The position numbers were made by a program, and so were the translations under genes. From an uncultured bacterium (GTDB taxonomy: Bacteria > Oederibacteriota > PGYV01 > CAWJRG01), in NCBI GenBank assembly GCA_963845185.1, contig CAWJRG010000009.1:128001-192000 (forward strand): a stretch of DNA of 64,000 bases, in the 5' to 3' direction. Shown one piece after another: positions 53,574-64,000 of this stretch (position 1 is the stretch's first letter; each line of letters opens with the position of its first letter). The notes under the pieces are model-generated. The model ran no database searches. It saw only the letters and a list, made by a program, of their open reading frames with translations, and was not told where the DNA came from.

Positions 53574-56500
53574 GTGAGAAAAAAAAATTCCGCACAAATA
53601 CCCTTTAAGTTTCTGATAATATTATCCTTTCTTTTGCTGCCTCAGATGCTTTTCGCGGCCGGTGAAATGTACCTGGGCTCGGCCGTGCCGCCAACCCCAA
53701 TTGCAACTGCTTCCGGAGTGTCAACACAGGCTTCACCTTCCGCAATATCACCGCAGGCATCGCCTTCAGGCGTATCGGGGTCGGCATCGGGTGTCACAGG
53801 CACGGCAAGCGCCGTCACACAAACCGCGACTTTGGCTTCACTGGGAGCAGAGGACATGACAGGGAACGGCAAAGGCCCGGCGAACTTCAAAGTCCAGGCA
53901 GAAGGCATGAAAATAACCTTAAGCTGGTCCGCCGCACAAGGCGGTACGGACGTGTATTACAATATTTACAGGAGCACAGACCAGGCGAGGGCCGATTTTA
54001 TCAAAATAAACAAAGACGACAGCCTGCAAAGCCTGACATACATAGACAATTCGAAAAACAGCTTTACGCGGCCGAAGCAAAAAATAAAATATTTTTATAA
54101 AGTGGCTTCGCTTGTGCTGGCAAAAGAAACAGGGGAGACCGACATGCTCACGGTCACGCCGACCGGGCCGCTTGTACCGCCGCCGGCCGACAGCATAAGT
54201 TTTAAGGCGGCAGACAAGGAAATCTCGCTTGCTTGGGAAGAGCCGGAGTCAAGCGGCGAATACGACTTAAGCGGGTTTAACGTTTTCAGGTCAACGGACA
54301 GCAGCAATAACGGGAACAAATTAAACGAAGAACTTTTAAAGAAATACACCTATGATGACTTTGGGGAAGCGGACAACCCGCTTGACAACGCAGTAAAATA
54401 CTATTACAAACTGCAGAGCGTGGACTCGGCAGGCAACACGTCGGATTTTTCAGTACAAATCGCGGCTGAGCCGCATGTCAGCATCAGCGAGCCGAAAAAT
54501 GTCACCGCAGCCGTTTCTTCAAACGAAAGCATAAAGCTCGCGTGGGGTTCGCCTGAAGTCAAAGGCACGTTCGGCCTGTCGGGATATAATATTTTCAGGA
54601 GCTCGATAGCCGGAGTTTTTCCCGACCAGCCGATAAACGTAAACTTAAGGCCGGAATACACGGACGACGCGGGGAAAGTATTTTATTTCGACAACATCAT
54701 AAACAGCGTAACGCCCCCGGAAATGGGCGTGACATATTATTACAAGATTCTGCCCATGGACATGAAAGGCAACACAGGCACGCCCAGCGCCGTGATAACC
54801 GCGGGTATAGCGTATTTAAACGTGCCCCAGAGCGGCATTGTTTCGGCTGAAATGTCCCAGTACGGCCTGCCGCCGGAATCGAAACTTACCGTATCGGGCA
54901 TGAAGACCGTGGACCTTTCCTACGGACAGGTCTGGCCAAGCTCGGCTTATTCGACGAACATAGTAAAGGGGTTCCAGCCGAAACAGGAGCTCAGGATAAA
55001 ACTGCAGGGCCAGATAGGCACCAACATACTGGTTGACGTTGACTACGACGACAACGCCGTGGAAGCGGAAAGGAAAAAGATTTCAATAAAGTACCAGGGC
55101 AGCAAGGACGAGACGGTCCAGGAAGCGGCTTTCGGCGACATAACGCTCTCCCTGCCGTCCACAAGGTTTGTCAGCTACAGCCAGTCGCTTTTTGGAATAG
55201 AGGCAAAGGTCAACATCCTGGGCGACAAACTCAGCCTTACAGGCATAGCGGCGCAGACAAAAGGGATTTCTGATGTGCAGACATTCACGGGCAATTTGAG
55301 GTTTTTTGAAGTAAACGGAAAAAGGGGCATTGATATTTATGACACGTCATTCATTGCGAACAAATATTATTACCTCTATAACCCTACCACAAATACCTGG
55401 CCAACGGGATCTTCGGTAGTACCGGGCTCGGTGGTGGTGTACGTAAACGACGAGATAGCGTCGGATGACAATGCCAATACAGTTCACGGCTATGACTTGA
55501 AATTACTGGGCGCGGATTATACCGTGGATTATAAAAACGGCATTATAATGTTTACATCCCCAATGAACGTCTATTACCAGGTGGCAGTAGCATACCTTTA
55601 TACCGACAGCAGCGGAGGCGTCCATAGCGTTGGTTTTAACTCGGCGGGCACAGCAAATCCGGTGCCTGCGAATTTTGAATTCAGCAATCTCAGCAACCTT
55701 TATTGGATACAAAACGGCTTCGGCGATATTTCACATAAGGTCATGAACTATTATTACCTTGGAGCGACCCAGATATATAACCCGTCGTCAGACCCGAATT
55801 TTATAATAAAGATTTATCAAAAAGGAGGCACAAACGAAAATGACCTTCCGCCGCCGAACAGCACCCTTGCTGCGAACTATTATTCGATAGATACATCTTT
55901 CGGCATATTAAAATTCAACAACCAGAACTTCCCGTATCCTTTTGTGCTTGGACAAAACAATTCGCAGATAGCAGTGCCGGTGGGAATTCCCACCGATGGT
56001 TCAGCACCTGCGCCTATAAGCGGGAACGCAGACTGCTATAACCAGTACAGCCCGCAGTCCAATTATTACATGCACGTGGAATTCCAGTATTACGTATCGT
56101 CATATACACTTGACCATTCACCTGTTGTCCTTGGGAGCGAAAAAATTTATATCAATAATGTACTGCAGAAAAAAGACGTTGATTATTACATGTTTTACGA
56201 AACAGGGGAAATTCATTTTTACGACCCGAGCAAAATTCAGCCGAATGACCAGATAACCGTGGCTTATGAATATTCGCCGTTTTTACAGACATACGAGGAC
56301 AATCTGCTCGGAGCCAGGGCAGAGTACAAGATGCTCGACAATTTGTTTTTAGGCTCCACGTTTTTATGGAAAAGCAGCAACACACAGGGGGACCTTGCGC
56401 CTGACGCGCGCTCCACGTCCACTTCGCTGTCAACGCCTTACAGGATGTTCATACTTGACGCCAACGCCATCTATGACCTTGGCAAGGACCAGATAAACCA

Positions 56501-59500
56501 GGCGTTAAGCACTTTGCCTTTTGTCGGGAAAACAGATTTGCCGCTGTCCCTGACTACAAGCGCGGAAATAGCCCAAAGCAATTTCGACATAAATATTTTC
56601 GACAGGAACAATGAAACCGGAGTCGCAATGATAGACAGCATGCAGGGCACGGACAATACATGGCAGACAGTAATGGATTTGAACTCGTCGCCCTCATGGT
56701 TCCCTTCAAGCAAGCCGCTTGCAGTTGACAGCGTGCTTGTGTCGCAGACTACAAGGGTGCCCATAAGGCGCACCAGCAAGCTGGAAATGGGACATTTGTC
56801 AACCCAGGTCGTAAACGGGGCCACAGTGGCTGCCTCGCCCGAAGCGATTCTTACTTACAGTTACAATGGCCTTAATAATCATCAATGGGACGGAATACGA
56901 TATGTTGTTTCGCCCCACGGCCAGGATTTTCACTCGTACAATTACCTTAACATGTGGGTTAATGTCAGCACTGACAACCCGGTAAACCTTTGCGTTGATA
57001 TCGGCATTATGAACGAGGATTCAGTGGGAGACGGGAACCTTTACACAGAGGACCAGGCAGGCAACGGACAATACAATTCAGCGTATGACACAGGGGTCCA
57101 GTGGAAAAACCCTGCAACAGGGCTGTGGCAATACCCGCCGTTTAACGGAGGGGACCAAAACTATTGGGGGGCGGGCAATGGCCAGCTCGATACAGAAGAC
57201 GTAAACGGCAACGGTTCGCTTGACCCGACCGACGCTTATTATGAATATTCGCCTTTTGGCGGTACCATACCGCATCCTGAGTTACAGCTTTCCGGGACAG
57301 GCGGATGGAAAAACATAAAAATACCGCTGAGGGATTTTGCAGCGGCATATAATGTGACCACAGACCCTACTCAGCCGAGTTTCATGTCGTCGGTAGAGTG
57401 CATCAGGGTATGGCTCAGCGGCGCAGGCTCTGCAGGAAGCACGGGATATGTGAAATTTGAGCCAATACAGCTGACAGGCAATTCGTGGCAGCTAGAGGTG
57501 GAACCAAACGCAGTGGACAAGGCAGGTAACTTCATTACCTCGCCTGACACGTCGAAATTAAACGCGGTTACCATAAACCAGAGCACAAACGCGGCCTACC
57601 AGCCCAACAAGGAATTTTTTGATTACCAGACAGCGACAGACCTGCAATCGCAGCAGGCGCTGGAGCTCGATTATAACCTTTCAATCAATGACATGGACAG
57701 CAACACCCAACCTGTATATACGGTTTCGAAAACATTGAGCCAGACTGTAGGGTATGATTATTATTCCTACAACTATTTAAAAGTGGACGTATTTTACGCA
57801 AAAAAAGACCCGACTGCGCACGGCAAGGTGCTTTTCCTGAGGCTCGGCTCAGGCACGAACACGGATATATCGCCGAATTATTACCAGTATAATATCCTGC
57901 TTGACGACGCCGTGCCGACCGACAACAACTGGCACACAGTAACCATAGCGCTTGACGGCTCGGACAAAATGAGGGGCGCACCTGTGGGCATACCGAACCT
58001 GAGGAGCGTGCAGTATATCACAATGGGCATAATAGACCCGAACAGCGTGCCCACGAACAAGACCGTCTGGATAGACAATATCAGGCTTACAGACCCGAAA
58101 CCAAGGGTAGGAACGGCAAAATACGAAAACACCACGGTAAATTACGCGGGTTTAGGGACATTTACCCAGGAATACGAGGAAAGGGATACTGATTTTTATA
58201 CAATAGTGGACGTGGATAACGAGCAGATAAAACCGCATTCTATAAGGAACAGCCTAGATTTTCTGTACACACAGATACCGTTTTTACAGATGGACAACAA
58301 TTACACCAGGCAGATTTATAAAACCGAGGACAAATACAAGGACGACCTTTTATTTACAAACAATTATTTAAATCCCGACACTGACAATAGTACTTTATCC
58401 AACAAAGCAACCTTGAGCCTCATACCCGGGCTTTCCCTTGCTAATAACCTGAGTTTTAGCGGCATGAGAAGCAATTACCTGCCTTATTACTACTACGAGA
58501 CTAATTATTCGCAGGTTTTTACAGAAAGGCCGGTTGCCCAGTACACGGCGCCGACCGAGATTCCGTTGTACGGCGGCGCAAAAATACCGCTGGGCGCGAA
58601 TACCCTGTCAGCCGATGTACTCGTGAAAAAAACAAATGTTACGTATTTTTACCCAATGCCGGTTTCCGCGACAATAAACTGCGCCAATTGCTGGAGCCAG
58701 TTGAACTGGCACAGGGAACAGCTTTATTCATGGAAGGACGCCATCAACGCGAACATATTCACGCTCACGCCTTCATACGCTTTTAAGATTGTGGATGAAG
58801 AGGGAAACCTGGCGAGCAACTACACATATTACCAGAATGACGTAGACAACCATTTTTCCACAAGAGGCAGGACTCTCATGCTGCACAAGGAAAACGCGCC
58901 TGCATTGAGCCTGGCTGTGGCAAAACTCTGGATTTTAAGCCCGAAACTTGATTATTCCTCATCTCAGGTCAGGGATTACAGCCAGGGCACATTAAACGTT
59001 AATAATACCACGGCTTTTTCGAGCGGCCTGGCATTTAGTTCCATCACAAACCAGCTGGTACCGGACGGCACTTATTCGCTGAGGATTAATACAACAGCCA
59101 TGTACAACGACCTGGCGCCATACACGGATTCGACTTATTTGTTTTACAAAATGCCTTTTGAGTCGCAATGGGGAATAAATGAATGGAAAATGCCTTTCGG
59201 CGATAAATTTAAAACCCAGGGCAAAAGTGAAATGTCCTGGTATGAAGACTCGGCAAATACCGACTCGATAACGATTTCGCACAGCATCGGCCTTAGCGCA
59301 GTAAAGCTTTTAAATTACCTGAGCTTTACGCCGCAGCTCACGCTGAGCACGCAGAGAAATGCGAGCAGCAGGCTTTTAAGCGGGCTGCAGTACACGACCA
59401 CCCTTTCCATTACGCCAATCACCATAGGAAAAATAACGCTTATCAAAGGGCTTGTCGAGGACCAGACCATAAGCGGAGGCTATACAAACACCGACAACAA

Positions 59501-60011
59501 AAGCATGGATCCGCAGAACCAGACAAGCGTAAACAGCCACTCGGTCGCGCAGACCGCAAACGTGAACCTGCCTTATTCGGTAAAGGACGGTGTAAGCGGG
59601 GCGCTGGGGCTGACAGGCAACTGGACAAACAACCAGCTGCTGGATGTATCGTCATGGGCATATACTCTTTCGCCGAATTTTACAATCAATTATGTCCTGA
59701 AGCTGGTCAAGCCGGTCCAGATCGCGAATTTTATACCGTGGATAGGAGGCAAGGAAATAAAATTCACCCAGGACATAAACCTGAACGGCACCCTGGGTAT
59801 GGATATGACAAGGGGCGGGGGAGTAGGAGACAACGGAATTAATAAAAAAGATTCCAGTACATACAAGATAAGCGCAAGCGCGGATTATAAATTCCTGCAG
59901 AATGTCGAGGGCCGCCTGACTTTCAGTTATAATAAAAACATAGACATGATACTGAAACAGAACCGCTACGACGCCATAATGATAGATCTTTATTTTAAAG
60001 TGGAATTTTAG
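53574..60011 (+). CDS. sprA: SprA/Sov-family large outer-membrane translocon with N-terminal FN3-like domains
   Basis: LQGQIG...VDYDD...ISIKYQGSKDETVQEAAFGDITLSLPSTRFVSYSQSLFGI; GSEKIYIN...DVDYY...GEI; LGSTFL; DTEDVNGNGSLD; C-terminal Phe (DLYFKVEF). Confidence 0.82.
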   Translation: MRKKNSAQIPFKFLIILSFLLLPQMLFAAGEMYLGSAVPPTPIATASGVSTQASPSAISPQASPSGVSGSASGVTGTASAVTQTATLASLGAEDMTGNGKGPANFKVQAEGMKITLSWSAAQGGTDVYYNIYRSTDQARADFIKINKDDSLQSLTYIDNSKNSFTRPKQKIKYFYKVASLVLAKETGETDMLTVTPTGPLVPPPADSISFKAADKEISLAWEEPESSGEYDLSGFNVFRSTDSSNNGNKLNEELLKKYTYDDFGEADNPLDNAVKYYYKLQSVDSAGNTSDFSVQIAAEPHVSISEPKNVTAAVSSNESIKLAWGSPEVKGTFGLSGYNIFRSSIAGVFPDQPINVNLRPEYTDDAGKVFYFDNIINSVTPPEMGVTYYYKILPMDMKGNTGTPSAVITAGIAYLNVPQSGIVSAEMSQYGLPPESKLTVSGMKTVDLSYGQVWPSSAYSTNIVKGFQPKQELRIKLQGQIGTNILVDVDYDDNAVEAERKKISIKYQGSKDETVQEAAFGDITLSLPSTRFVSYSQSLFGIEAKVNILGDKLSLTGIAAQTKGISDVQTFTGNLRFFEVNGKRGIDIYDTSFIANKYYYLYNPTTNTWPTGSSVVPGSVVVYVNDEIASDDNANTVHGYDLKLLGADYTVDYKNGIIMFTSPMNVYYQVAVAYLYTDSSGGVHSVGFNSAGTANPVPANFEFSNLSNLYWIQNGFGDISHKVMNYYYLGATQIYNPSSDPNFIIKIYQKGGTNENDLPPPNSTLAANYYSIDTSFGILKFNNQNFPYPFVLGQNNSQIAVPVGIPTDGSAPAPISGNADCYNQYSPQSNYYMHVEFQYYVSSYTLDHSPVVLGSEKIYINNVLQKKDVDYYMFYETGEIHFYDPSKIQPNDQITVAYEYSPFLQTYEDNLLGARAEYKMLDNLFLGSTFLWKSSNTQGDLAPDARSTSTSLSTPYRMFILDANAIYDLGKDQINQALSTLPFVGKTDLPLSLTTSAEIAQSNFDINIFDRNNETGVAMIDSMQGTDNTWQTVMDLNSSPSWFPSSKPLAVDSVLVSQTTRVPIRRTSKLEMGHLSTQVVNGATVAASPEAILTYSYNGLNNHQWDGIRYVVSPHGQDFHSYNYLNMWVNVSTDNPVNLCVDIGIMNEDSVGDGNLYTEDQAGNGQYNSAYDTGVQWKNPATGLWQYPPFNGGDQNYWGAGNGQLDTEDVNGNGSLDPTDAYYEYSPFGGTIPHPELQLSGTGGWKNIKIPLRDFAAAYNVTTDPTQPSFMSSVECIRVWLSGAGSAGSTGYVKFEPIQLTGNSWQLEVEPNAVDKAGNFITSPDTSKLNAVTINQSTNAAYQPNKEFFDYQTATDLQSQQALELDYNLSINDMDSNTQPVYTVSKTLSQTVGYDYYSYNYLKVDVFYAKKDPTAHGKVLFLRLGSGTNTDISPNYYQYNILLDDAVPTDNNWHTVTIALDGSDKMRGAPVGIPNLRSVQYITMGIIDPNSVPTNKTVWIDNIRLTDPKPRVGTAKYENTTVNYAGLGTFTQEYEERDTDFYTIVDVDNEQIKPHSIRNSLDFLYTQIPFLQMDNNYTRQIYKTEDKYKDDLLFTNNYLNPDTDNSTLSNKATLSLIPGLSLANNLSFSGMRSNYLPYYYYETNYSQVFTERPVAQYTAPTEIPLYGGAKIPLGANTLSADVLVKKTNVTYFYPMPVSATINCANCWSQLNWHREQLYSWKDAINANIFTLTPSYAFKIVDEEGNLASNYTYYQNDVDNHFSTRGRTLMLHKENAPALSLAVAKLWILSPKLDYSSSQVRDYSQGTLNVNNTTAFSSGLAFSSITNQLVPDGTYSLRINTTAMYNDLAPYTDSTYLFYKMPFESQWGINEWKMPFGDKFKTQGKSEMSWYEDSANTDSITISHSIGLSAVKLLNYLSFTPQLTLSTQRNASSRLLSGLQYTTTLSITPITIGKITLIKGLVEDQTISGGYTNTDNKSMDPQNQTSVNSHSVAQTANVNLPYSVKDGVSGALGLTGNWTNNQLLDVSSWAYTLSPNFTINYVLKLVKPVQIANFIPWIGGKEIKFTQDINLNGTLGMDMTRGGGVGDNGINKKDSSTYKISASADYKFLQNVEGRLTFSYNKNIDMILKQNRYDAIMIDLYFKVEF

Positions 60012-60046
60012 TATAATTTTTTTTAAATATCAGGAGGACTTTTTAA

Positions 60047-63000
60047 ATGAAAAAAACGCTGTTAACGCTGGTTTTGCTTGCGGCGACGGCTGCTTTTGCG
60101 CTTGCCGTGGACCCGCCGGCTAACTTTGTGCTGACATATCCGGGAAGCGGCTCATTGCAGCTTAACTGGTACGCGTCGGATACTTATACAGGCATAGGTT
60201 ATAATATTTACAGGAGCATTGGCGACACGTCTAATTTCAGCCTGCTTACGGCAACGGCAAATACAACGTATACGGATACCACGGATACGGCGCAGACATA
60301 TTACTATTACATTGAGGCGTTCGACAGCAACAATAATAAAAGCACAATTACACAAATTATGCCGTCAAGGCCATACCCGCCCATGAGCGTGGCGATAACG
60401 CCTTATAATGCGAAAATATATTTGGAATGGAATAACAGCATTGAATCAGACAGCAGTACTTATAATATTTACAGAAGCAGCACGGATAATGTTGAATATT
60501 CACTTTTACCGGCAACAGGGAATGATTATATTGATTCGCCGGTTTTAAATGCACTTACTTATATATATAAAATTGCCGCCACAAATCCCAGCGGGCCATA
60601 TTCAATAACGTTGCCGGCATCAGTAACCGTGTCGGCGCAGGGGCCTTATTCAGCACCTGTATCAGCCGTGCCGTATTCGGCCCCTTTCGCGCCGCTAGGC
60701 ATTAGTTCCGGCCTGTCAACCACGCAAAATACAATGTACCTGAGCTGGGCGCAGACAAATACGGCAGGCACTTTTGAAACGACATATTACGAAATTTACC
60801 GCTCAACTTACGACATGATGCCCGGGCCCGCAACCTTTGATGCTTACGATACTTTCCCTTTCCCAGCGCCGCAGACATACACGGTGACCAATACTTATTA
60901 TTACAACCCGATGACTCCGGGCGTAAACAATTATTTCAGCATATATACGGTTGACAGCATGGGCAATTTTTCGTTGCCTGCGAGCGGTTATGTATATGAC
61001 CCGATACAGTCAATGCCGCTTGCGCCGACAGGCCTCACAATAACTTCCTCGAATTTGACAGGAGTGTCTTTGGCATGGGCTGCAAACCCATCGGCTGATA
61101 ATGTGACACAGTATGCGGTTTACAGGGGCACAACATTAGCTGCGCAGGCACTGTATGTTACGGTTGCTGCAGCATCTTTTACAGATACAACAATTACAGC
61201 AGGTCTATTTTATGATTACTCAATTGTTGCGTCCAATGCTTTTGGCTCCGGCACAAACTCATACAATGTTTCAGCAACAGTATTACCGGTTGCGCCGGCT
61301 AATTTTAAAGCATTGTATAATAACATTACTTATACTCCAGGCATCGGTGTAAATCTTACCTGGACCCAGGGTTCTTCAAACGACAACATAACCCAGTATA
61401 ATGTTTACAGGACAACGAACCTGAGTAATTTAATACCCCAGCCGGTTATAACTCCGATTATAATTTATCAGGGGACTACTTATACCGTTTCTTATAGTTA
61501 TGCGGATATATCAATAACCACGGGCAATATTTACTATTATGCTGCAACTGCCCTGACAACAAGCAGTGTCCAGAGCCTGGAATCAGCAATAATTTGCGTC
61601 ACTGTCACAACACTGCCGGCACAGCCGCAGAATTTGACCGGCACAGCTTATGACTCTTATAATACTTTGAATTGGGCGCCAAACAATACCGCAGACCTTG
61701 TTTCGGTATATAATGTTTACAGGTGGACAACCCCGACTTCTATTGCAAATATAACAGCTACAGCTTTGACTAATTATCTTGACGCCAATTTGAATACATC
61801 AACAACCTATTATTACACTGTAGCTGCGTTAAACAACATAGGCGAAGGCCCGAGAGCAGTCACAATCACGCTTGAGCCTGCAAGCAATATCCCGCCTCAT
61901 ACGCCTGTTTTAAGCGCATCATGCAATGGATTAGGACAAATAGTACTGTCGTGGGACCAGGACCCTGCTCCCGGAATTTATTATAATGTTTACAGGGCAA
62001 TCTCTACATCCGCGGAGGCCTGGCTAAACAGCACTAATGCAAATACCACAACATATATTGATTCGGTCATGAATCCCACAAGTGTTTCATCGGTTGCAAA
62101 TATTTCTACTGTTTATTCCTACAATGTGGGAGCGAGTAATACCATTACCGGCTATTCAAGCTTTTCGAACACTGCTACAGCCTCTGCCTTTGTAGGGCCG
62201 AACTCAAGCACTTTACAACATATAGTCTTTACAAATGTAAGCGGCAATGTGCTTATCACCTGGGATAATCCAAACACGATATGTTCATATTCTTTAACTG
62301 GGTATAACATATACAGGAGTACAACAACCGCTGTTATAAATGGCAATAATGAACCTGTTTTCAGCCCAATGCCGATAACAAATCTGGCTTATCCTGCCAA
62401 TAATTATCTTGATACAGGCCTTAACGCGAATACGACTTATTATTATGAAGTGCAACTGGTGGATTCTGCAGGGAATTCCTATACTTCAACATATACTGGG
62501 TTTTATGTGGATTCTGTCCTGCCGCCGCCTCCTGAAGTAGTAGCCATATCCCAGCCCAGCCAGGTTACGCTTGAATGGAGATTAATCAATGCATCAATTA
62601 TTTCTTACAACATATACAGGAGAACAGCATCGGGTGTTTACACATCAGCTATATACAGTGAAAAGAATGCGCTTAAAAGTCAATACACAGACGCAGACGT
62701 TATTCCAAAAACAACATATTATTATACAGTAGCTGCGGTAAATGACGCGGGCGAAGGCCCAAAATCACAGGAAGTTTTTGCGACTCCTTACCTGCCGCTG
62801 CTGGTGCCTGCAAATTCGGGCGAGGCTATAAATATTATTAACAAGAAAGATATTTCATTATCTTGGGCCCAGGCAGTGAGCGTTACCGTCGATTCGAAAG
62901 GCAATACTTACATGAGCAGTTTCGGCATAAGCGGCTATAATGTTTACAGGAGCAATGACAACGGCGGAACCTATACTTGCATTACATTTTTGGCAGGCGC

Positions 63001-63457
63001 TGCAAATACCAGTTTTACAGACTATACCACGGCGTGGGGTAGTGATTATCTTTACGAAATTATTGCCATGGACACGGCAGGAAACCTTGACGCAATATAC
63101 CCGGTTATGTCAAAAGGCATACCAAAGACAGCCAATAAATTAATGATATACGCGAATATGATTAATTTAAGCAAGAGCCAGGCATTGACATGGAATTACG
63201 AAGTCATAAGGTCGGACAACATGAAAGTGATTGTTTATACCTTAAGCGGGCAGATGGTAAAAAAATTGTTTGACGGCAGCCCGCCATCCGGCGCTGACCC
63301 GGGCAATCCGCTTGACGGGTGGTCAGGCCAACCGCCACCCGGTTTTATCTGGGACGGAAAAAATTCATACGGCCAAAAAGTGGCGTCCGGAGCATATATA
63401 ATAATGATGGAATTCAAGGACTGGAAAACAACGTATAAAGTGGCGGTTGTAAAGTAG
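60047..63457 (+). CDS. Secreted fibronectin type III repeat protein with FlgD-Ig/T9SS-type CTD
   Basis: Signal peptide; about 9 LxW...YNIYR...YxD...YYY repeats; C-terminus VYTLSGQMVKKL...WDGKNSYGQKVASGAY...KVAVVK. Confidence 0.88.
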   Translation: MKKTLLTLVLLAATAAFALAVDPPANFVLTYPGSGSLQLNWYASDTYTGIGYNIYRSIGDTSNFSLLTATANTTYTDTTDTAQTYYYYIEAFDSNNNKSTITQIMPSRPYPPMSVAITPYNAKIYLEWNNSIESDSSTYNIYRSSTDNVEYSLLPATGNDYIDSPVLNALTYIYKIAATNPSGPYSITLPASVTVSAQGPYSAPVSAVPYSAPFAPLGISSGLSTTQNTMYLSWAQTNTAGTFETTYYEIYRSTYDMMPGPATFDAYDTFPFPAPQTYTVTNTYYYNPMTPGVNNYFSIYTVDSMGNFSLPASGYVYDPIQSMPLAPTGLTITSSNLTGVSLAWAANPSADNVTQYAVYRGTTLAAQALYVTVAAASFTDTTITAGLFYDYSIVASNAFGSGTNSYNVSATVLPVAPANFKALYNNITYTPGIGVNLTWTQGSSNDNITQYNVYRTTNLSNLIPQPVITPIIIYQGTTYTVSYSYADISITTGNIYYYAATALTTSSVQSLESAIICVTVTTLPAQPQNLTGTAYDSYNTLNWAPNNTADLVSVYNVYRWTTPTSIANITATALTNYLDANLNTSTTYYYTVAALNNIGEGPRAVTITLEPASNIPPHTPVLSASCNGLGQIVLSWDQDPAPGIYYNVYRAISTSAEAWLNSTNANTTTYIDSVMNPTSVSSVANISTVYSYNVGASNTITGYSSFSNTATASAFVGPNSSTLQHIVFTNVSGNVLITWDNPNTICSYSLTGYNIYRSTTTAVINGNNEPVFSPMPITNLAYPANNYLDTGLNANTTYYYEVQLVDSAGNSYTSTYTGFYVDSVLPPPPEVVAISQPSQVTLEWRLINASIISYNIYRRTASGVYTSAIYSEKNALKSQYTDADVIPKTTYYYTVAAVNDAGEGPKSQEVFATPYLPLLVPANSGEAINIINKKDISLSWAQAVSVTVDSKGNTYMSSFGISGYNVYRSNDNGGTYTCITFLAGAANTSFTDYTTAWGSDYLYEIIAMDTAGNLDAIYPVMSKGIPKTANKLMIYANMINLSKSQALTWNYEVIRSDNMKVIVYTLSGQMVKKLFDGSPPSGADPGNPLDGWSGQPPPGFIWDGKNSYGQKVASGAYIIMMEFKDWKTTYKVAVVK

Positions 63458-63563
63458 GAAACGCGCATAAATGCGATAAATAGGCGATGAAAAACCATTG
63501 TTTTTTCCATTGCAAAAAAACATTTTAAAATAGTCCAAACTATAATATTTTCAGGAGGGAATA

Positions 63564-64000
63564 GTGGCAAAAATTCAGGTTTTGCCGGAAAATGTGGCAA
63601 ACCAGATAGCGGCAGGCGAGGTAATAACAAGGCCTGCTTCCTGCGTTAAGGAACTGCTGGAAAACGCAATTGACGCGGGCGCGTCAAGCATATCGATAAA
63701 AATAGAAAATGCCGGGAAAAAACTGATAGAAGTGAAAGACAACGGCGAAGGCATGTCGGGCGAAGACGCGAAAAAAGCTTTTCTGCGCCACGCAACAAGC
63801 AAGATAAAAAGCATAGAAGACCTGAATTACATAGAAACCCTGGGTTTCAGGGGCGAGGCGCTGGCTTCAATCGCGGCGGTGTCATGGGTTGAGCTGCTCA
63901 CGAGGGACAGCAATGATGACACTGGCATATACCTGGAAATGAAAGCCGGCCAGGTAAAAAAAACCGAAGAAAGAGCCACTAATACGGGAACAATAATCAA
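63564..64000 (+). CDS. mutL: DNA mismatch repair protein MutL, 3'-truncated by the window edge
   Basis: GTG start after AGGAGG. Hand translation gives [29 protein letters not shown]...DNGEGM...RHATSKI...[11 protein letters not shown]. Confidence 0.97.
   Translation, partial: MAKIQVLPENVANQIAAGEVITRPASCVKELLENAIDAGASSISIKIENAGKKLIEVKDNGEGMSGEDAKKAFLRHATSKIKSIEDLNYIETLGFRGEALASIAAVSWVELLTRDSNDDTGIYLEMKAGQVKKTEERATNTGTII

Noticed and set aside
1..64000. tRNA, rRNA, transposase, integrase or prophage genes
   Set aside because: No diagnostic motifs were seen by eye. tRNAscan, Rfam and ISfinder searches would be needed to exclude them formally.

Overview
Bacterial chromosomal window from a diderm (LptF/LptG, beta-barrel proteins, GT9 heptosyltransferase). 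It runs from a partial tilS to a partial mutL. The protein style resembles Ca. Goldiibacteriota/Firestonebacteria-like lineages, but that is an impression and not testable here. The dominant theme is a type IX secretion (T9SS)-like export system. It comprises a SprA-family translocon with an unusual N-terminal FN3 extension, two PorV/PorQ-family barrels (one fused to FlgD-Ig modules and an OmpA-like domain), three TPR proteins, and five large secreted proteins ending in a YPNP/WxGxN...KxxVxK C-terminal sorting domain. No PorK/L/M/N or PorU is visible in the window. An ExbB-ExbD-ExbD-TonB motor sits directly behind a cargo-PorV-TPR block instead. Three tandem cargo genes (GH5, GH8, and an unassigned glycosidase-like domain) carry ~700-1100 aa strictly alternating TxT stalks. 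Housekeeping genes are pfkA, a beta-CASP MBL nuclease, ftsEX-envC, lptFG, a GT-C glycosyltransferase, LacI, a WaaL-like protein, GT9 and an MCP. Non-coding signals include a four-copy two-hairpin element with compensatory changes and one inverted module, a shared ECF-type promoter, heptamer repeats and near-consensus sigma70 promoters. Five genes carry single-base frameshifts, probably sequencing errors. No tRNA, rRNA, CRISPR array or transposase was recognised.
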